Origin: an uncultured Lachnospiraceae bacterium
GTDB taxonomy: Bacteria > Bacillota > Clostridia > Lachnospirales > Lachnospiraceae
Length of the DNA stretch: 58,370 nucleotides
Assembly (NCBI GenBank): GCA_947624025.1
Contig: CANQIJ010000001.1
Span: forward strand, 1 to 58,370
Direction of reading: 5' to 3'
Shown here: positions 55,923 to 58,370 of the stretch, one piece after another
Layout of the letters: each line of letters begins with the position of its first letter
How positions within the stretch are numbered: the stretch's first letter is position 1
Notes under the pieces: model-generated
Database searches by the model: none
Told to the model about the DNA's origin: nothing
The model's input: only the letters and a program-made list of their open reading frames with translations
Translations under genes and position numbers: made by a program

Positions 55923-57058
55923 TGGCTTTAGATTTCTCAAAATCAAGTAAGATGATCAATCAAGTAATGGGAGAGGCGGAAGACACTAACATGGACGAAA
56001 AGAAAAGGGATATTCCGATTGACCAGATCGACGAATATCCGCTTAACGAGTATCTGTTCGGTTATGAGAACCAGGATTTTGCCGATGAAGTTATAGGAGA
56101 AGACGGTTTCCATGGTGTGATTGAGGTCTGCGCAATGGAAGACGGGCGGTACGAGATCCTGTCCGGTCATAGGCGCTTTCGGGCATGTAAGGCAAATGGC
56201 TATCCGACCATACCCTGTGTTGTCAATGAGTATCTGTCGGATGACGAACGGCTAAAGCGCGTTATTAGAGGCAATCTTTTAAACAGGGTATTGACACCAC
56301 TCAATTATGCACGATGCCTTTCAGAATATGAAAAAGTTCTGAAGAAAGGACCTAAGGAAGAGCAGAAAGGCATCCGGGATAAGATGGCTAAATTCTTCCA
56401 CATTTCCCCTGCTGCTGTAGGCAGATATCTGTCTCTGAATAACCTGATTCCGGAATTTCAGGAATTGTGTGATAAAACCAACTATCCGTATACGAACCTG
56501 ATGCCGGTATCCTCAAAACCGGAAGAGTTTCAGAGAAAGGTATATGATGCTTTATATAAGCTTGCCCCCAACAACGATGTGGCAGAATTATCCAGGAATA
56601 TTATTGAACAGCAGGTCAATATAATTCAGCAGAGAGAAGACCGGGATCAGGATAACAGACAGGTTGGCACCCGGGGAGTGGTTCCCAGAGAAGATGTGGT
56701 CATGGCAGATACGCCGATGAAGCCCGAAAACCCCTTACCCGAGAAAAAACCGGAAAGTATGGGCACAAATACAGATACTTTTGCAAAAAAAGAATGGAAA
56801 CCGATGTATGATGAGGACGATGAGGACGATTTCATAGTAGAGACGGCGCCGGTTCATGTACATCAACCGCTTGACGAGACCGAGGATCTGGAAACCGAAG
56901 ATTTCGTTCCGGAGGAAGAAATAGCGGAGGAACCGAAAGACAAGGAAATTAACTTTTATCTGGACAGACTGGAGAGGATCGTTGAAGATGCCGTTCTGGA
57001 GGATAAAGGGAAGATCATCGGAAGATTACAAAAAATCATGGATGTTTTAGCAAAATAG
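55922..57058 (+). CDS. parB: ParB-family protein
   Basis: YEILSGHRRFRA ParB/CTPase motif followed by an HTH; coupled to parA. Confidence 0.9.
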   Translation: MALDFSKSSKMINQVMGEAEDTNMDEKKRDIPIDQIDEYPLNEYLFGYENQDFADEVIGEDGFHGVIEVCAMEDGRYEILSGHRRFRACKANGYPTIPCVVNEYLSDDERLKRVIRGNLLNRVLTPLNYARCLSEYEKVLKKGPKEEQKGIRDKMAKFFHISPAAVGRYLSLNNLIPEFQELCDKTNYPYTNLMPVSSKPEEFQRKVYDALYKLAPNNDVAELSRNIIEQQVNIIQQREDRDQDNRQVGTRGVVPREDVVMADTPMKPENPLPEKKPESMGTNTDTFAKKEWKPMYDEDDEDDFIVETAPVHVHQPLDETEDLETEDFVPEEEIAEEPKDKEINFYLDRLERIVEDAVLEDKGKIIGRLQKIMDVLAK

Positions 57059-57083
57059 AAAAACCCCCATACGGGGGTTTTTT
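57058..57083. terminator. Bidirectional terminator
   Basis: AAAAACCCCC-atac-GGGGGTTTTT. Confidence 0.8.
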
Positions 57084-58289
57084 CTATTCATCAAATGCTG
57101 CCAGATCCATGAAAAGAACCTGGGCTACGGTTTCCTGCGCCTTAATGGAATCAAGAGGACTTATGGAAAGGTTTTTGTTCTTTCTGTTCTCCTGATAGGA
57201 CAGCAGCATCTCGTTTAAATACCAGTAAATATCGAATGCCGAGCATCCGTTCTGGTGTTCTGCCATAATTCTCTCCTTTGCTTCTTTCAGCTCATAGGAA
57301 TAACCTCTGAGTTTCAAAGCATCATAAACATTCTGCAGGCACCTGGACGGCTCCTTGATCTTAACATTCATCAGACGGACGATGTTATCCGTGTTATCGC
57401 GGAAAGATGCCAGGAATCGATCAGCAACGTCTACAAACAGTGTCATTGCCTTATCGCCTCCCTTATGTTCCACGGAAAGGCTCTTACCAAAGGTAATGAG
57501 CGGTGATCCGTCAAATGACATGAGCGGTGTCAATCTCGCTGCACACAAACCAACATCTGATGTGGTAAGGCGAACAGTGAGTTTTAAATTCTCAACAAGC
57601 ATCCCGTAGGATTCCAGCAGATTTTTCACCATTTCCACATAATTCGAATCTGTGATTTCGTACCTAAGATCCACGATCTCGTGAGTGACAGAGCCTCCCG
57701 CGAAGGAAACGCCGCCGAACTCGCCGTTTAACTCGTTTTCCAGGATCTTCATCAGACGTGTAACCGGCATGATCGAGTAATCGCTTACGTCACCGGATAA
57801 TAAAGCCGTTACTTTTCCGTCGCGGATCAGCGCAAGGGTAGAATCCCTGTACAGCCGCAGTCCGTTATTCAGACACTCACAACGGGTGGCAGGCGCCATT
57901 TCATTAGCGCGGGCTTTATCTTTGAGCGAATTAATGCTCCGCCCCGTGATACCTGCGCGATCCTGCAGGTGTCCGAAGGCCGTATACCGAAGAGGATACA
58001 GCACCTTTTTGGTACCGTTACTGATCGCTACAGCTGTCTTGGTCGATTCCATCGAAGAGAGGATATCATCTTCGGTGACATCTTTTTCAAAGCCCTCGAT
58101 CTGTGCTCCATCAGCACAGGTCATTTTAAATGCACCCTTTAAGTGCAGGTTCAGCGGATTGTTTTCAAGCGGAACCGCCTCAATTTCGTTCGTATACATT
58201 TTCTGCCAGACATCGGTGGTTTCCTGTCCGTTAAAAAATGCATGTGCCTCTTCAAGATCTGTAAAATTTCTGATTTCAAAATCCTTCAT
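57084..58289 (-). CDS. Conserved hypothetical protein, possibly DUF932-related
   Basis: 401 aa with GGAGG RBS; 'LIRDGKV.A..S...DY' and 'TTSD.G' motifs recalled from clostridial mobile elements. Confidence 0.5.
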   Translation of the reverse strand: MKDFEIRNFTDLEEAHAFFNGQETTDVWQKMYTNEIEAVPLENNPLNLHLKGAFKMTCADGAQIEGFEKDVTEDDILSSMESTKTAVAISNGTKKVLYPLRYTAFGHLQDRAGITGRSINSLKDKARANEMAPATRCECLNNGLRLYRDSTLALIRDGKVTALLSGDVSDYSIMPVTRLMKILENELNGEFGGVSFAGGSVTHEIVDLRYEITDSNYVEMVKNLLESYGMLVENLKLTVRLTTSDVGLCAARLTPLMSFDGSPLITFGKSLSVEHKGGDKAMTLFVDVADRFLASFRDNTDNIVRLMNVKIKEPSRCLQNVYDALKLRGYSYELKEAKERIMAEHQNGCSAFDIYWYLNEMLLSYQENRKNKNLSISPLDSIKAQETVAQVLFMDLAAFDE

Positions 58290-58370
58290 GATTTTTTCCT
58301 CCCTATTTAGTCAAGTGTTTTTCCCTTATTTTTCAAGGAATTTTCAATTCATATCTCAGATAAATGAGCC

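Noticed and set aside
1-58370. Prophage, tRNA or rRNA genes
   Set aside because: No terminase, capsid, portal or integrase, and no tRNA/rRNA signatures seen; the tail-like motifs occur only in exported plasmid proteins.

Overview
This is a segment of a large, low-copy conjugative plasmid of a Firmicute, most likely Clostridia/Lachnospiraceae-like (inferred from protein families and promoter style). The backbone comprises a Rep_3-type initiator with a ~1 kb iteron field, two partition systems (ParM-type and ParA/ParB), a Gram-positive T4SS set (VirB4, PrgI, VirB6-like, VirD4, two wall hydrolases) and a Tad/Flp-like pilus operon. The accessory/establishment region carries RadC-JAB, a LexA-box-controlled Y-family polymerase with YolD, a Phd/PIN toxin-antitoxin pair, an RNase A-like toxin domain, an AAA+ ATPase, PspA, an HD-GYP protein and an orphan DNA methyltransferase. 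The most notable locus (9118-10710) is a Cas12f/TnpB-family gene with its RuvC-I catalytic Asp replaced by Phe and its zinc finger missing. It is flanked on each side by one 36-bp CRISPR-like repeat and preceded by a Cas12f tracr-like hairpin scaffold, with no cas1/cas2 or tnpA in the window, so it is a candidate RNA-guided regulator. Other unexplained structure includes a ~460-nt multi-hairpin non-coding unit, duplicated structured leaders ahead of establishment operons, an ATAGTATAC(TAT) motif ahead of five transfer/partition units, three 23-bp quasi-palindromes, tandem NrdR-like boxes in the origin, and a trio of phage-tail-fibre-like surface proteins. All family calls come from motif recognition by eye; no database searches were run.
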